DNA of 64,000 bases from an uncultured virus (IMG/VR IMGVR_UViG_3300027973_000060) (IMGVR_UViG_3300027973_000060); one strand, 5' to 3'; numbered from the stretch's first letter, positions 36,703 to 46,191 are shown. Program-made: numbers and translations. Notes: generated by a model from the letters alone, not told the origin.

Positions 36703-37047
36703 ATGGGCGCGATCGTATTAATGATCGGGCCCGAAGCGAAGGTCCGGGGAGGCAAAAATCTCCCCGGGCCCGAGCCTAAAAGCAAGGGGTCAAAAATGGC
36801 TAACATGGTAAATATTCCGATCGAGAATCTAACCATCTCGCAAGAGACCGAACAGGCCGAGCCTGCAATCGGCGATATGGTTGAATTGACCGGAGAAGTT
36901 GTTGAAATCAAAGAAGGCGTTGCCATGGTTCGCGTAAGCGAAGCAGAGGGAGAGATTGAAAAAGAAAATCCTAAAGCTGAAAGCGATGGAGAACGTCTTC
37001 GGAATGAAGCCGTCAAGATGGACGGCGGAGAAATGACGGAAGACTGA
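36703..37047 (+). CDS. Hypothetical acidic protein; a GC hairpin (36741-36770) lies in its 5' part
   Basis: ORF after MCP; stem GGTCCGGGGAG/CTCCCCGGGCC. Confidence 0.55.
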   Translation: MGAIVLMIGPEAKVRGGKNLPGPEPKSKGSKMANMVNIPIENLTISQETEQAEPAIGDMVELTGEVVEIKEGVAMVRVSEAEGEIEKENPKAESDGERLRNEAVKMDGGEMTED

Positions 37048-37340
37048 TGCCACTCTACGAGTATGAAGACAGGGACACCGGGGGAGTTGTAACGCTCGAG
37101 CGTCCAGTAGATGAAAGGGACAATGTCCCAAGTAAGCTAAAAAGACGCAATTTTCCCTCTAGCTTCAGACTTGTTAATTGTGGTTCAGAACCAGCATATC
37201 ATCCAGCGGCCATGGACGGTCGCAACATTCTAAAAGGTTATCACGCACTAGAACAAAAACTCGGCTCCAAGTTCCGCCCAAGACATAAAGCCGATACAAT
37301 CAAACAAGTTTGGGCAAAACATAGGAAATTAGATCTATGA
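37047..37340 (+). CDS. FmdB-like small protein lacking the zinc-ribbon cysteines
   Basis: MPLYEYEDRDTG start in place of MPxYEYxCxxCG. Confidence 0.6.
   Translation: MPLYEYEDRDTGGVVTLERPVDERDNVPSKLKRRNFPSSFRLVNCGSEPAYHPAAMDGRNILKGYHALEQKLGSKFRPRHKADTIKQVWAKHRKLDL
37224..37335 (+). repeat. 112-bp exact direct repeat, copy 2
   Basis: Identical to 1-112. Confidence 0.95.
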
Positions 37341-37528
37341 GTCAAATCAACATTCGCCGCGAATTGAAAGCAAAAGGCAAGCCTGTTCGGATTAATTCTG
37401 GAACAGAAGCTACCGCAATGGAATTCACCACAACTGCAACTACCGGAACATTTGTTTCTGGTACTTCGACCCTGGGAATTACCGTTAAGCTCAACGGCAC
37501 CTCGTACAAGATTCCGGTCTACAGCTAA
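37337..37528 (+). CDS. Small putative virion protein
   Basis: Homolog of 114..305. Confidence 0.75.
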   Translation: MSQINIRRELKAKGKPVRINSGTEATAMEFTTTATTGTFVSGTSTLGITVKLNGTSYKIPVYS

Positions 37529-37764
37529 TGTCTGCCGATACGGATAGGTTTGGGGCCAGGAATGGTTTCACAGTTGGCACCGCAAGTGTCGCTGGAAGTG
37601 GCTATTGGGCGATTCAAATGCTCGCCGATACTACATTCAGCGCTATTTCTGGTAACTATGATGGGACTCTGACTGGCATTACAATTGGATCTGGCAACAT
37701 CATTTACGGTGAGTTTAACAGCTTCACTGCTGGAACTGGCCGAGTGATTGCCTACAAGGGCTAA
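37528..37764 (+). CDS. Small putative virion protein
   Basis: Homolog of 305..541. Confidence 0.75.
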   Translation: MSADTDRFGARNGFTVGTASVAGSGYWAIQMLADTTFSAISGNYDGTLTGITIGSGNIIYGEFNSFTAGTGRVIAYKG

Positions 37765-37828
37765 TTACCTATTAGCAGTCAAACCGTCCAAGGTTCAATC
37801 CCTTGGCGGATGATTGCATTTTAATTAT

Positions 37829-38227
37829 ATGCCAAAATTGTCTCTAGGTTTAGGAGTGCAGACTATCCGTAAGGTTGGTGGTGGAGCCGCACCTCTTGGC
37901 CTTCCAGCATCATTCACAATGACATTGACTCCAAGCAATACTGAAAATCTTGCTGGAGGATGGATTAAAGAAACTGGAAATTATGCTTACGCTTGGATTT
38001 TTGGTTTTTATTACAGAACAAATGACTCAAGACTTAGTGAAGGTGATCCCTATGGAATGTATGGGTATGTAAATGATAATTGGGAATTCAGAGGATGGGA
38101 TGGTGACGGTGGTGATCTATATTCAAATACATATCCAGTATCTCAAGCATCAACAAATCAAACGTCTGTTCCAAGAACACAAACTCTTTTTCATGGAACT
38201 GGCGACAAGACAATGACAAATTCATAA
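37829..38227 (+). CDS. Variable-cassette virion protein
   Basis: Shares the first 22 aa with 606..1040, then an unrelated aromatic-rich body. Confidence 0.7.
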   Translation: MPKLSLGLGVQTIRKVGGGAAPLGLPASFTMTLTPSNTENLAGGWIKETGNYAYAWIFGFYYRTNDSRLSEGDPYGMYGYVNDNWEFRGWDGDGGDLYSNTYPVSQASTNQTSVPRTQTLFHGTGDKTMTNS

Positions 38228-38250
38228 TGCATTTTCACCATCACCGCCGC

Positions 38251-38279
38251 TTGATGAACACCCCCTAGCGTGATAAACT
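38251..38279 (+). promoter_or_regulatory. Promoter TTGATG-17-TAAACT (with extended TG)
   Basis: Upstream of AAAGGA SD and ATG 38295. Confidence 0.5.
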
Positions 38280-38294
38280 AAAAAGGACAAATAT

Positions 38295-38708
38295 ATGGGC
38301 TGGCAAACACAACGCATTCTTCAAACCGTAGGCACTGCAACAGGCGGAACGCAAAGCATTAACTACAACCTGGATGCAATTGAGGCTTTGATGGTCACGC
38401 TCCAGGCCGACGTTGCTGATGGCATTCGTCCGCCTAACTCTACAACTGGCGGAACTGGTCCCACTGCATTTACCAGCACTAGCTACGGAACGATTGCAAC
38501 TTCGTCAACAGCTAGGCTCGGATGTACTATTTTCAATGAAGGTGCTGGTAGGTTATATGCAACTCTGGGTACTGGAACAACCTCAACAACTTCATACACC
38601 GTTAGCGTTGGAAGCGGAGAGTATTATGAAGTGCCAATGAACTACACTGGACTTATTGGCGGAATATTTGGCACAGCAGGAACAGCCAGAGTAACAGTAT
38701 TGAGCTAG
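38295..38708 (+). CDS. Thr/Gly-rich virion protein, unit B only
   Basis: R.G.TIFNEG..LY..LG...S..SYTV....YYEVP..YTG.I.GIF pattern. Confidence 0.7.
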   Translation: MGWQTQRILQTVGTATGGTQSINYNLDAIEALMVTLQADVADGIRPPNSTTGGTGPTAFTSTSYGTIATSSTARLGCTIFNEGAGRLYATLGTGTTSTTSYTVSVGSGEYYEVPMNYTGLIGGIFGTAGTARVTVLS

Positions 38709-38717
38709 AGGTAAACT

Positions 38718-39179
38718 GTGCCTCTGTACTCAACAGCTTGCCCACTTCCGATTAATAGGAGGATTTCCAGGCAGAGAGGATCAACACCAGCACCCAGCGG
38801 GATTCCTGTGGCGAGTACGACTCAAGTAAATTTAACAGTTCCATTTAATTTTTATTTTGATGGAATAGGTACTAAAAGAACATCTGGAAGTATTTCGGAT
38901 GGAATTGAAATAATTGGTGCAGGAGTAGGGTATTATACAGGTGGATACGGCAATGCTTACCCAACTTTCATTTTATCTCCAAATACATCTGTTTATGATC
39001 ATTACGGAGATCAAGAACTTATACCATCAGAAGCAGGCTGGAATCTTTGGTGGTTTGGGTATGATTACGATAGTGGTCAATGGTCTCTAAATGGTAAACA
39101 GTCAGCAAACGCATCAACAAATATTAATTACATCCCCACAACTGGCTGGTATCTAGCCATCACCATCACCGCTGCTTAA
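38718..39179 (+). CDS. Variable-cassette virion protein
   Basis: APSGIPVAST...NAST..NYIPT.GW..ITITAA shared with 606..1040. Confidence 0.7.
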   Translation: MPLYSTACPLPINRRISRQRGSTPAPSGIPVASTTQVNLTVPFNFYFDGIGTKRTSGSISDGIEIIGAGVGYYTGGYGNAYPTFILSPNTSVYDHYGDQELIPSEAGWNLWWFGYDYDSGQWSLNGKQSANASTNINYIPTTGWYLAITITAA

Positions 39180-39316
39180 TGAACCTCCTCCTCCTCATCG
39201 CCCTCTTGCTCTGCTCCTGCTCGCCAAAGCCAGCAGACAGCAATGTATTACCGCGCTACTCGGACATGGGTGCTGCGTCCGATGCTGGAGCAGTAAGTTC
39301 TGGTAATGCCAAATGA
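39179..39316 (+). CDS. Small lipoprotein (45 aa)
   Basis: MNLLLLIALLLCSC; LP.YSDMGA shared with 1040..1168. Confidence 0.65.
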   Translation: MNLLLLIALLLCSCSPKPADSNVLPRYSDMGAASDAGAVSSGNAK

Positions 39317-39585
39317 AGCGCATCGCAACATGGATCACAGTCCTAGGTTTGCGTTTATTGCTGACGGCAAAGGATTACGCCTGTTTCAAGGAGGCACTGA
39401 AGTGTGCCGAGGACAACAACAGGCTTGCAAGGGGAACGAAGTATATCGGTGCAGTAAAGCATCTTCTGTCAGTCAACAGATCGATCAAAAGGATGGTAGA
39501 CGACGGCAGGGACCGGGACGAGGTCGTCGGTGCGGTCGTACATCTTGCGGTCAGTCTCAAGTACCTGGAGTCTCGCAATGAGTGA
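39313..39585 (+). CDS. Hypothetical protein, unit B only
   Basis: ATGA-coupled; overlaps the start of the next gene. Confidence 0.6.
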   Translation: MKRIATWITVLGLRLLLTAKDYACFKEALKCAEDNNRLARGTKYIGAVKHLLSVNRSIKRMVDDGRDRDEVVGAVVHLAVSLKYLESRNE

Positions 39586-39805
39586 AGACCAGGTGTGGGG
39601 CATAGAGGTCAAATTGGCCCGGATGGAAGAGCGCCAGGTCCAGTTGTATCAAATGGTCGAGACCAGCTTGTCAAACTACGCAGATGTGGTAAATAGAGTT
39701 TCTGCCCTGGAACACCTCCGTTCCAGGATATTTGCAATTGCTGGGGTCGCCGGGCTGCTGTTTTCCGTTGCCTGGGACCTAGTTAAAAACAGGATGAACC
39801 ACTAA
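39578..39805 (+). CDS. Coiled-coil plus TM protein (holin/XhlA-like)
   Basis: Homolog of 1165..1392. Confidence 0.6.
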   Translation: MSEDQVWGIEVKLARMEERQVQLYQMVETSLSNYADVVNRVSALEHLRSRIFAIAGVAGLLFSVAWDLVKNRMNH

Positions 39806-40680
39806 TGGCTACACTAGGAACGCAGAACATTTCGACCAGTTACGTCCAGCTAATTAAAACTAGCGGTCTTACTGGCATAGACCCAACGATCCAGACCATC
39901 ACCGATGGCAACAACGTATCCTCTGCGCTTCAGCTATCTACGACAGGCGTAAACTCAACTGGCACGCTTAATGCGGTTGGTGCGACCACCCTGGCGTCTA
40001 GCTTGGCTGTCACCGGGGCAGCTACGTTCAGTTCTAGCGTAAACATTTCAAGCGGAACAACCACAATTGGCACCCTGTCTGCAAGCACTGCCACCATCTC
40101 TACTGCCACCATATCAACCGCCACTATTCCAGTCCAGCTTGGGGCAATTACATTTGGATCTCACATAACAGCATCTACCGGGACAGCAACGATTGGCACA
40201 GCCACAATCAGCACAGCTACAATCAGCACAGCTACGATCCCCACAATCAACGGAGTGACAACCTTTGCTACTGGCTTCACATCTTCTACTGGAACGAACA
40301 CGCTTGGGACGATTGCCTCCACGACAATTAGCAATACTGGTGTAGTAACAGTTGGAAGCCTTGAGATTGGTGGTTCAGCCGGACCAACACTTACAAAAGT
40401 ATCCTATACTACGGCAACCTTTGGATCAGCTGTTGTCGCGGCGTATAATGTGGCAGACACGACAACCGGAACATTTTCGCTATCCGGAGTTGAGTTGGGG
40501 GACATAGTCATCGGATCAATTAATTCGCTCGGATCGACAACTGGCACAGTGCAGATTATGACCAATTTTTATCCAATTGCTTCAAATGTTGCAAGGTATG
40601 TCGTCAATAGCAAAGGAGCAACCGCAGGCACAATTCCCGCAGGAACAATATTCGCAACCGCAATGAGGTTTATAACATGA
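39805..40680 (+). CDS. Thr-rich virion fibre-like protein with ATIST repeats
   Basis: Homolog of 1392..1925, ~114 aa longer. Confidence 0.7.
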   Translation: MATLGTQNISTSYVQLIKTSGLTGIDPTIQTITDGNNVSSALQLSTTGVNSTGTLNAVGATTLASSLAVTGAATFSSSVNISSGTTTIGTLSASTATISTATISTATIPVQLGAITFGSHITASTGTATIGTATISTATISTATIPTINGVTTFATGFTSSTGTNTLGTIASTTISNTGVVTVGSLEIGGSAGPTLTKVSYTTATFGSAVVAAYNVADTTTGTFSLSGVELGDIVIGSINSLGSTTGTVQIMTNFYPIASNVARYVVNSKGATAGTIPAGTIFATAMRFIT

Positions 40681-41648
40681 GCAAATTTAACGCGGGTCAA
40701 TCTTTTGCTGATGGCGATCAGGTAACAGGAGCCAAGCTCAACAACATTACTGGATTGCTGGACATCTATACTGGGCTTATCTCCGAACAGTCGGCAATGG
40801 TTGCGACTGTAAGCACGGCAGACCAGCTTCTTATTGCAGACACAGATAATGGCGATAGCGGTGCGGCCAATAGGGTTACGATTCAAAAATTGTTAAACGA
40901 CACTCTTACCAATGGCACTTACACCAATGCTAACCTATCTGGCACAATTACATCCAACCGCACTGTTGCCACCAGCGCAACGATTACTACTGGTACGATC
41001 CCAACCCTAGTATCCAATAATGCTACGATTGGAACTACAACTGGAACCTTGGGGAATTTTACTTCGGCTGCGATTACATCCGGAACAATTACTTCTGGCC
41101 TTATTCCAACCCTTACCGCCGGAACTACAACTGGAACTGCTGGCGTATTTACGTCTGGAACCGTTGCAACTCTTAACAGCACAAATGCAACGATTTCTAG
41201 TCTTAATAGCGCAACCTCAACGATCACAAATCTTTCCACTACACTCGCTGGCGATCTTACAATTAGCCAAGGCACAGCCACCGCAAGCACCGCAACTGTT
41301 GCAAAACTTGCTTCGGCTCAAGAATATACTGCAACACATAATTTCAACGCGACAACCCTGACAAGCGGCGCATCTATCTCCTGGAATCTTGCAAGCAATC
41401 AGGTTACGAGACTTGTTTTGTCAACAAACGGAACTATGGCGGAGGCAACAAACAAAGTAGATGGAGCAACATATATTCTAATTGTTACGCAAGGTACTGG
41501 ATCAAATACATTGGCGTGGGATGCAACATATAAGTGGCCCGGGGCAACCGCTCCAACGCTTACAACAGGCTCGGCAAAATCAGACATTTTTACATTTGTT
41601 TCAAATGGAACATCCTTATTCGGAGTAGCATCGCAGAATTACTCGTAA
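40677..41648 (+). CDS. Tail fibre protein (alternative C-terminus)
   Basis: N-terminus homologous to 1927; C-terminal Y.L.V.Q..G..TL.W...KWPG.TAPTLT domain. Confidence 0.8.
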   Translation: MSKFNAGQSFADGDQVTGAKLNNITGLLDIYTGLISEQSAMVATVSTADQLLIADTDNGDSGAANRVTIQKLLNDTLTNGTYTNANLSGTITSNRTVATSATITTGTIPTLVSNNATIGTTTGTLGNFTSAAITSGTITSGLIPTLTAGTTTGTAGVFTSGTVATLNSTNATISSLNSATSTITNLSTTLAGDLTISQGTATASTATVAKLASAQEYTATHNFNATTLTSGASISWNLASNQVTRLVLSTNGTMAEATNKVDGATYILIVTQGTGSNTLAWDATYKWPGATAPTLTTGSAKSDIFTFVSNGTSLFGVASQNYS

Positions 41649-41652
41649 GTTT

Positions 41653-42504
41653 ATGGCGTGGCCAGTATTTCCTGTTTCATTTTTTGGATCGCAAGTACCG
41701 CCTAGCGTTGAGTATGTAATTGTAGCTGGTGGTGGTGGTGGTGGTTATATACCTAATGAAGGAGGACTCAACGCCTCTGGTGGTGGAGGTGCTGGGGGCT
41801 ACAAATCTTCAGTATCTGGAGAAACATCTGGATCTAATTCTTCTATTTTATCTCCATTATCCATCCTATCTGGAAGGGAATACACAATAACTGTTGGTGC
41901 GGGTGCTTCTCAAGCTGGACAAGGAAGTGACTCTTTATTATATTCTACAGTATCAACAATTTCATGCTTGGGTGGTGGGCGAGGTGGAGGCTCAACTGAA
42001 GCCGGCGTGGGTGGCGGATCGGGTGGTGGAGGCGGACAAGCATATGGAACTGATAGGGGAGGTGGTTCTGGAACGGCTGGACAAGGATTTAATGGCGGGG
42101 CAGGCAGAAGCGATACAGTGACTTATAGGTGCGGTGGAGCGGGCGGCGGGGCAGGCGGAGGAGGTTATGATGGATACTCAAGGGGGAATGGGACTGGTGG
42201 TGCTGGAATTTCAAGTTCAATTTCTGGATCTTCTGTTACAAGAGGAAAAGGCGGTGATAATGGAGCAAGTAGCTCTGGAGAAACTGGATTTAACGGAACT
42301 GCAAATACTGGGAATGGTGGCATGGGCATTGGAAATCTTCAATATAATGGAGCTCAAAATGGCGGGGCCGGAGGAAAGGGAGTTGTTATTATAAGGCATC
42401 TTGCCTCATACAAGTCAGCCATAACAACAGGATCTCCGACCACAACAACAAGCGGAAATTACAAAATATACATATTTAACGATTCTGGAACAATTACCTG
42501 GTAA
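41653..42504 (+). CDS. Glycine-rich tail fibre-associated protein
   Basis: VEY.IVAGGGGGG..GGGGAGG..GGKGVVIIR..YIFNDSGTI. Confidence 0.8.
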   Translation: MAWPVFPVSFFGSQVPPSVEYVIVAGGGGGGYIPNEGGLNASGGGGAGGYKSSVSGETSGSNSSILSPLSILSGREYTITVGAGASQAGQGSDSLLYSTVSTISCLGGGRGGGSTEAGVGGGSGGGGGQAYGTDRGGGSGTAGQGFNGGAGRSDTVTYRCGGAGGGAGGGGYDGYSRGNGTGGAGISSSISGSSVTRGKGGDNGASSSGETGFNGTANTGNGGMGIGNLQYNGAQNGGAGGKGVVIIRHLASYKSAITTGSPTTTTSGNYKIYIFNDSGTITW

Positions 42505-42508
42505 TTTT

Positions 42509-42889
42509 ATGGGATATTTTGCAAAAATTGAGGATAATTTAGTAGTTTATGTTATTTCAATAAATAATTTAACTCTAGGCGAGCCAGAAAAAACATTTCC
42601 AGAAACAGAAGGCATTGGTTTGGATTTCATAAAAAACACATTGAAGCTGGATGGACGATGGAAGCAGACAAGCTACAATAATTCATTCAGAGGGAATTAT
42701 GCAGGAATTGGTTATTCTTATAATAATGAAAAAGATATATTTATACCTCCAAAATTATTTAATTCATTTGTATGGGATGATGCAATATTTTCTTGGGTTG
42801 CTCCAATTGAAATGCCAAATGATGGGAAAACATATCGTTGGGATGAGCCAACAATTAGCTGGATTGAGGTAAAAAATGACATTAACTGA
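42509..42889 (+). CDS. Tail-fibre-associated small protein
   Basis: YFAKI..WKQTSYN..FR.NYAGIGY.Y....D.FIPP motif. Confidence 0.75.
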   Translation: MGYFAKIEDNLVVYVISINNLTLGEPEKTFPETEGIGLDFIKNTLKLDGRWKQTSYNNSFRGNYAGIGYSYNNEKDIFIPPKLFNSFVWDDAIFSWVAPIEMPNDGKTYRWDEPTISWIEVKNDIN

Positions 42890-43574
42890 AATTGCCCAAT
42901 ACGCAGGCGAGAAGATTGGCAAAACCGACTCGGATACGCTTAACTTCTTGCAAAAATCGGCCAGCCTAAATTATAGGCGGGTGTGGAACTTTGCCCCATG
43001 GAGGGAGAGCATCACAAATTCAACTTATTCAGTTTCGACTGGAACCAGGACAGTTTCACTTGGCTCCCTGGTCGAAAATCCTTTGTCCGTAGCTTACGGA
43101 GACAGCGAGCTCATGTCTGTTGATCTTCAGACAATTGTCAGTCAAGACGCGGACTTGCTTGATTCGGATAGAACCGGGACTCCGAGTCAGTATTATTTCA
43201 AGGGGAGGAATACTTCTGGGACTGCCGAAATTGACTTGTATCCACTACTCAACACGACCAGCACAACTACATTGAAAGTGATAGAAAAGGTTACTTGCAT
43301 CACAAGACAAAATAACATTGTTGATTTTCCCCCAAGCTCTGCCGCTATCACAGACGAATTGCGTCTCCCGCACGTCCAGCACGTTGTTCTTGCCCTTACC
43401 CATGCAGACGCTCTCGAGCGAGAGCGCCAATACGCCAAGGCCCAGGCAGTTGTGTCGTCTGCAAATGCCGACTTGGCGCAAATGGCTCAGTACGAGATGA
43501 GCCAGGTTGGTGGAATTAAGGTTATTACTCCGTCAAGTTTAGGCGAATACAGCATCACAGACATAGGGGTTTAG
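42876..43574 (+). CDS. Head-tail adaptor / tail tubular A-like
   Basis: Homolog of 3651..4349. Confidence 0.7.
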   Translation: MTLTEIAQYAGEKIGKTDSDTLNFLQKSASLNYRRVWNFAPWRESITNSTYSVSTGTRTVSLGSLVENPLSVAYGDSELMSVDLQTIVSQDADLLDSDRTGTPSQYYFKGRNTSGTAEIDLYPLLNTTSTTTLKVIEKVTCITRQNNIVDFPPSSAAITDELRLPHVQHVVLALTHADALERERQYAKAQAVVSSANADLAQMAQYEMSQVGGIKVITPSSLGEYSITDIGV

Positions 43575-43577
43575 TTC

Positions 43578-45437
43578 GTGCCATACTTCCAAGACAATCT
43601 GGACGATGTCCTGGCGTTCGACGGAATCCGTCAATTCAATGGCGGCCAGGCCAGTGGCATTCAATCGGAAAATTTGGCAGAAAACCAATCTCAAGAGTTA
43701 AGGAATATGACCCTGTCTCCACAGGGAAGGGCAGAAACTAGGTACGGATTCGCAACCTTCTCAACCGGAGGCACAACAACCGGGACAACTTCAGTCGGTG
43801 GGATGGGTTATTACGACACCGCAAGCAACGAGCAATTGCTTACAGTTTCCGGTGGAAGATTGTTCTCTGTAAACAATGGCGGAGTTGCAACAAGGCAACC
43901 AACGCTTGCAACCTGGTCGGCCACAACCTCGACCTGGGGCACAACAAGTCAGATATGGGAGAGTGGTTATCTGGTTTCATCTACAGCAAAAGTAAATATG
44001 ACCCAGTTTAATGACTTTGAGTATCTTGTGGATGGGGTCGGACCATTGACGGTTTGGGATGGAACGAGCATAAAACAACAAGGGGGAAAGCTACGAGCAA
44101 TTACAGTTTCATCTGCTGGTACTGGTTATACTTCGGCCACGGCAATCATTACAGGACCAGACCTTGGCGGAACGCCTCCAACCCTGGTTACGACTGTAGC
44201 TGGAGGGGCTGTAACAGCTATTGAAGTATCGAACAATTCTGATGCAAGATATTCATTTGCCCCGACTGTCACAATTATTGGCAATGGATCTGGTGCCACC
44301 GCAACTCCCTCTATGGGCCTGCCTCCTGTTGGGCTTCGTATTATTGTTGCCACCGGAGGGAATAGGCTATTCGGAGTTGGTAGCGGAGTAGAGCGCAACA
44401 CGCTTTATTGCTCGGATATTCTCGATACTGCCCTGTGGGCATCAAATAACAGCATTGTCGTTGGGAATGGTGATGGGCAAGAAATAACTGCAATTGTCCC
44501 ATACTACGCAAATCGGATTATTGTGTTCAAGGCGTCTAAAATTTATCAGGTAACTATACCAACCGATATGACTTCTGCCGCAGATTGGGTGGTTGAACAA
44601 GTAAGCTCAACAGTTGGATGTGCGGCTGAAAAGACAGCAGTACAGGTCAATTCGGACGTGTTTTTCTTGGCATCAGATGGAATACGTTCGCTCAGTCGGT
44701 CTGTTGCCGACGACTTTACTTCAGTCGGACTTCCACTCAGCGAAACTATTAAAGACGTTATCCTTTCTATTAATCCTGTTGAAATTCAAAAATCATACGC
44801 AATATTTCATGACAATCGGTATATACTTTCCGTAGCTACAGGCACAAGCGACGCCTGCGACACAATGATAGTTTACAACACAATCCTACAATGCTTTGAG
44901 GGAACCTGGAGTTACGCAGCAGTCCAATTAGAGCAAACAAATTTCAGTGCGTTAGGTCGCAGGCTTGCAGCCAAGTCTCCCAATGGCTTAATTACAAATT
45001 ATAATGGATATAAGACGCTAAATTCAACAGTTGAAAGTGATTACAAGGACGCCGGTTCTTATTACGAGTCCTACGTTTCTACCAGGGCCTTTATTTTTGA
45101 AGATCCATTTGCCAGTAAATATGGTAGCCATTTCGAGGTCAGCTTTGATAAGACATTTAGCGAAGACGTTGACATATTTATCCAGCGAGACACGGACTCA
45201 TCATTTATATCAGTGCTTGCTAATCTGGACCCATCAAATATTGAGCTCTCGATTCCTTTTTACCTCCCGGCAATTCTTACCTCCCCAGAAAGAAAGAGAG
45301 TTGCCAATGATTTGCGCGCTTATGAGAAGTGGCGAAGCCTAGCCATTAAGGTGGCAAGCTCGACAGGACAATTCTCACTTCGCCAAATCATGGCAGCAGC
45401 AAACCCGGACACATTAGTACTTCAGAAGTCGCTATGA
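43578..45437 (+). CDS. Tail tubular protein B / nozzle
   Basis: Diverged homolog of 4353..6203. Confidence 0.75.
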   Translation: MPYFQDNLDDVLAFDGIRQFNGGQASGIQSENLAENQSQELRNMTLSPQGRAETRYGFATFSTGGTTTGTTSVGGMGYYDTASNEQLLTVSGGRLFSVNNGGVATRQPTLATWSATTSTWGTTSQIWESGYLVSSTAKVNMTQFNDFEYLVDGVGPLTVWDGTSIKQQGGKLRAITVSSAGTGYTSATAIITGPDLGGTPPTLVTTVAGGAVTAIEVSNNSDARYSFAPTVTIIGNGSGATATPSMGLPPVGLRIIVATGGNRLFGVGSGVERNTLYCSDILDTALWASNNSIVVGNGDGQEITAIVPYYANRIIVFKASKIYQVTIPTDMTSAADWVVEQVSSTVGCAAEKTAVQVNSDVFFLASDGIRSLSRSVADDFTSVGLPLSETIKDVILSINPVEIQKSYAIFHDNRYILSVATGTSDACDTMIVYNTILQCFEGTWSYAAVQLEQTNFSALGRRLAAKSPNGLITNYNGYKTLNSTVESDYKDAGSYYESYVSTRAFIFEDPFASKYGSHFEVSFDKTFSEDVDIFIQRDTDSSFISVLANLDPSNIELSIPFYLPAILTSPERKRVANDLRAYEKWRSLAIKVASSTGQFSLRQIMAAANPDTLVLQKSL

Positions 45438-45814
45438 CCGCCATAGAATACATTGAGGCGTCCGGGGTTCCGGAGGGAATGTGGCACAACCTAGCTGATT
45501 GGTTTAGATGGTTTGAAAGGCAGGGCATGGTCGGAATTGTCGAGGATTCGGATGGCATTGCCGGTGTAGCATTAGCCAGATGCCTTAAAGAGGGCCAGAA
45601 GCCCGATCACTACGTTCACTCCGAGGATGGGGACAATGTCTTTGTAGACTTGACGGTGTCATCAAAGGGTGCTATCTCCTTGAGGTGCCTGTTGCTTCTC
45701 CTTTGGGAGCGTTTTGGCATTCGTAAGCGTATTACGTTTAATCGTTCCGGGAAACCAAGGAGTTACGACTATATGACATTTATGCGAAAGGCATTCATCG
45801 GGTCAAAATTATGA
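45434..45814 (+). CDS. GNAT-fold-like morphogenesis protein
   Basis: Homolog of 6200..6589. Confidence 0.5.
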   Translation: MTAIEYIEASGVPEGMWHNLADWFRWFERQGMVGIVEDSDGIAGVALARCLKEGQKPDHYVHSEDGDNVFVDLTVSSKGAISLRCLLLLLWERFGIRKRITFNRSGKPRSYDYMTFMRKAFIGSKL

Positions 45815-46191
45815 CTCAAGAATCAGACATGATGAGAAGTCTTTACAAGATTTCAAGCAAATGGGACACCCTTGATTTTTGGTTGGAATGGGCAAAATCA
45901 AATAAACTGCTTTTCAAGATATTTGACAAAAATGAATTTGCAGGATTTATTGTAGTAAGACCAGTAAGCGACTTGAACAGAATTGAAGATTATTTTTATA
46001 TGGAACAAAATGGTGACACATTATGGGCAGATATTGCTTGCTCAAAAATATATGGCGGAACCAAAATGTTATGGGCAATGATTGCAGAAAAATTCAAGAA
46101 TTTTAAGTACGTTGCATTTAGGAGAAATGGTGGGAAAATGAAAACATATAATTTTGATAGATTCACAGAACTCATGAAAGTTGGTGCATAA
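45811..46191 (+). CDS. AT-rich paralog of the preceding gene, unit B only
   Basis: Same length (126 aa); shared W..W, GD....D, F.R.G...Y....F pattern. Confidence 0.6.
   Translation: MTQESDMMRSLYKISSKWDTLDFWLEWAKSNKLLFKIFDKNEFAGFIVVRPVSDLNRIEDYFYMEQNGDTLWADIACSKIYGGTKMLWAMIAEKFKNFKYVAFRRNGGKMKTYNFDRFTELMKVGA

Larger units (their letters stand above)
1..37223 (+). mobile_element. Tailed phage genome unit A (podovirus-like, circularly permuted, ~37.2 kb)
   Basis: Contains terS, terL, portal, scaffold, MCP, tail tube, ejection, lysis and replication genes; the sequence at 37224 restarts with the same 112 bp as position 1. Confidence 0.92.

Noticed and set aside
36741..36770. Intrinsic terminator after the major capsid gene
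   Set aside because: Strong hairpin but no U-tract, and it lies in an open frame; kept only as a possible attenuator.
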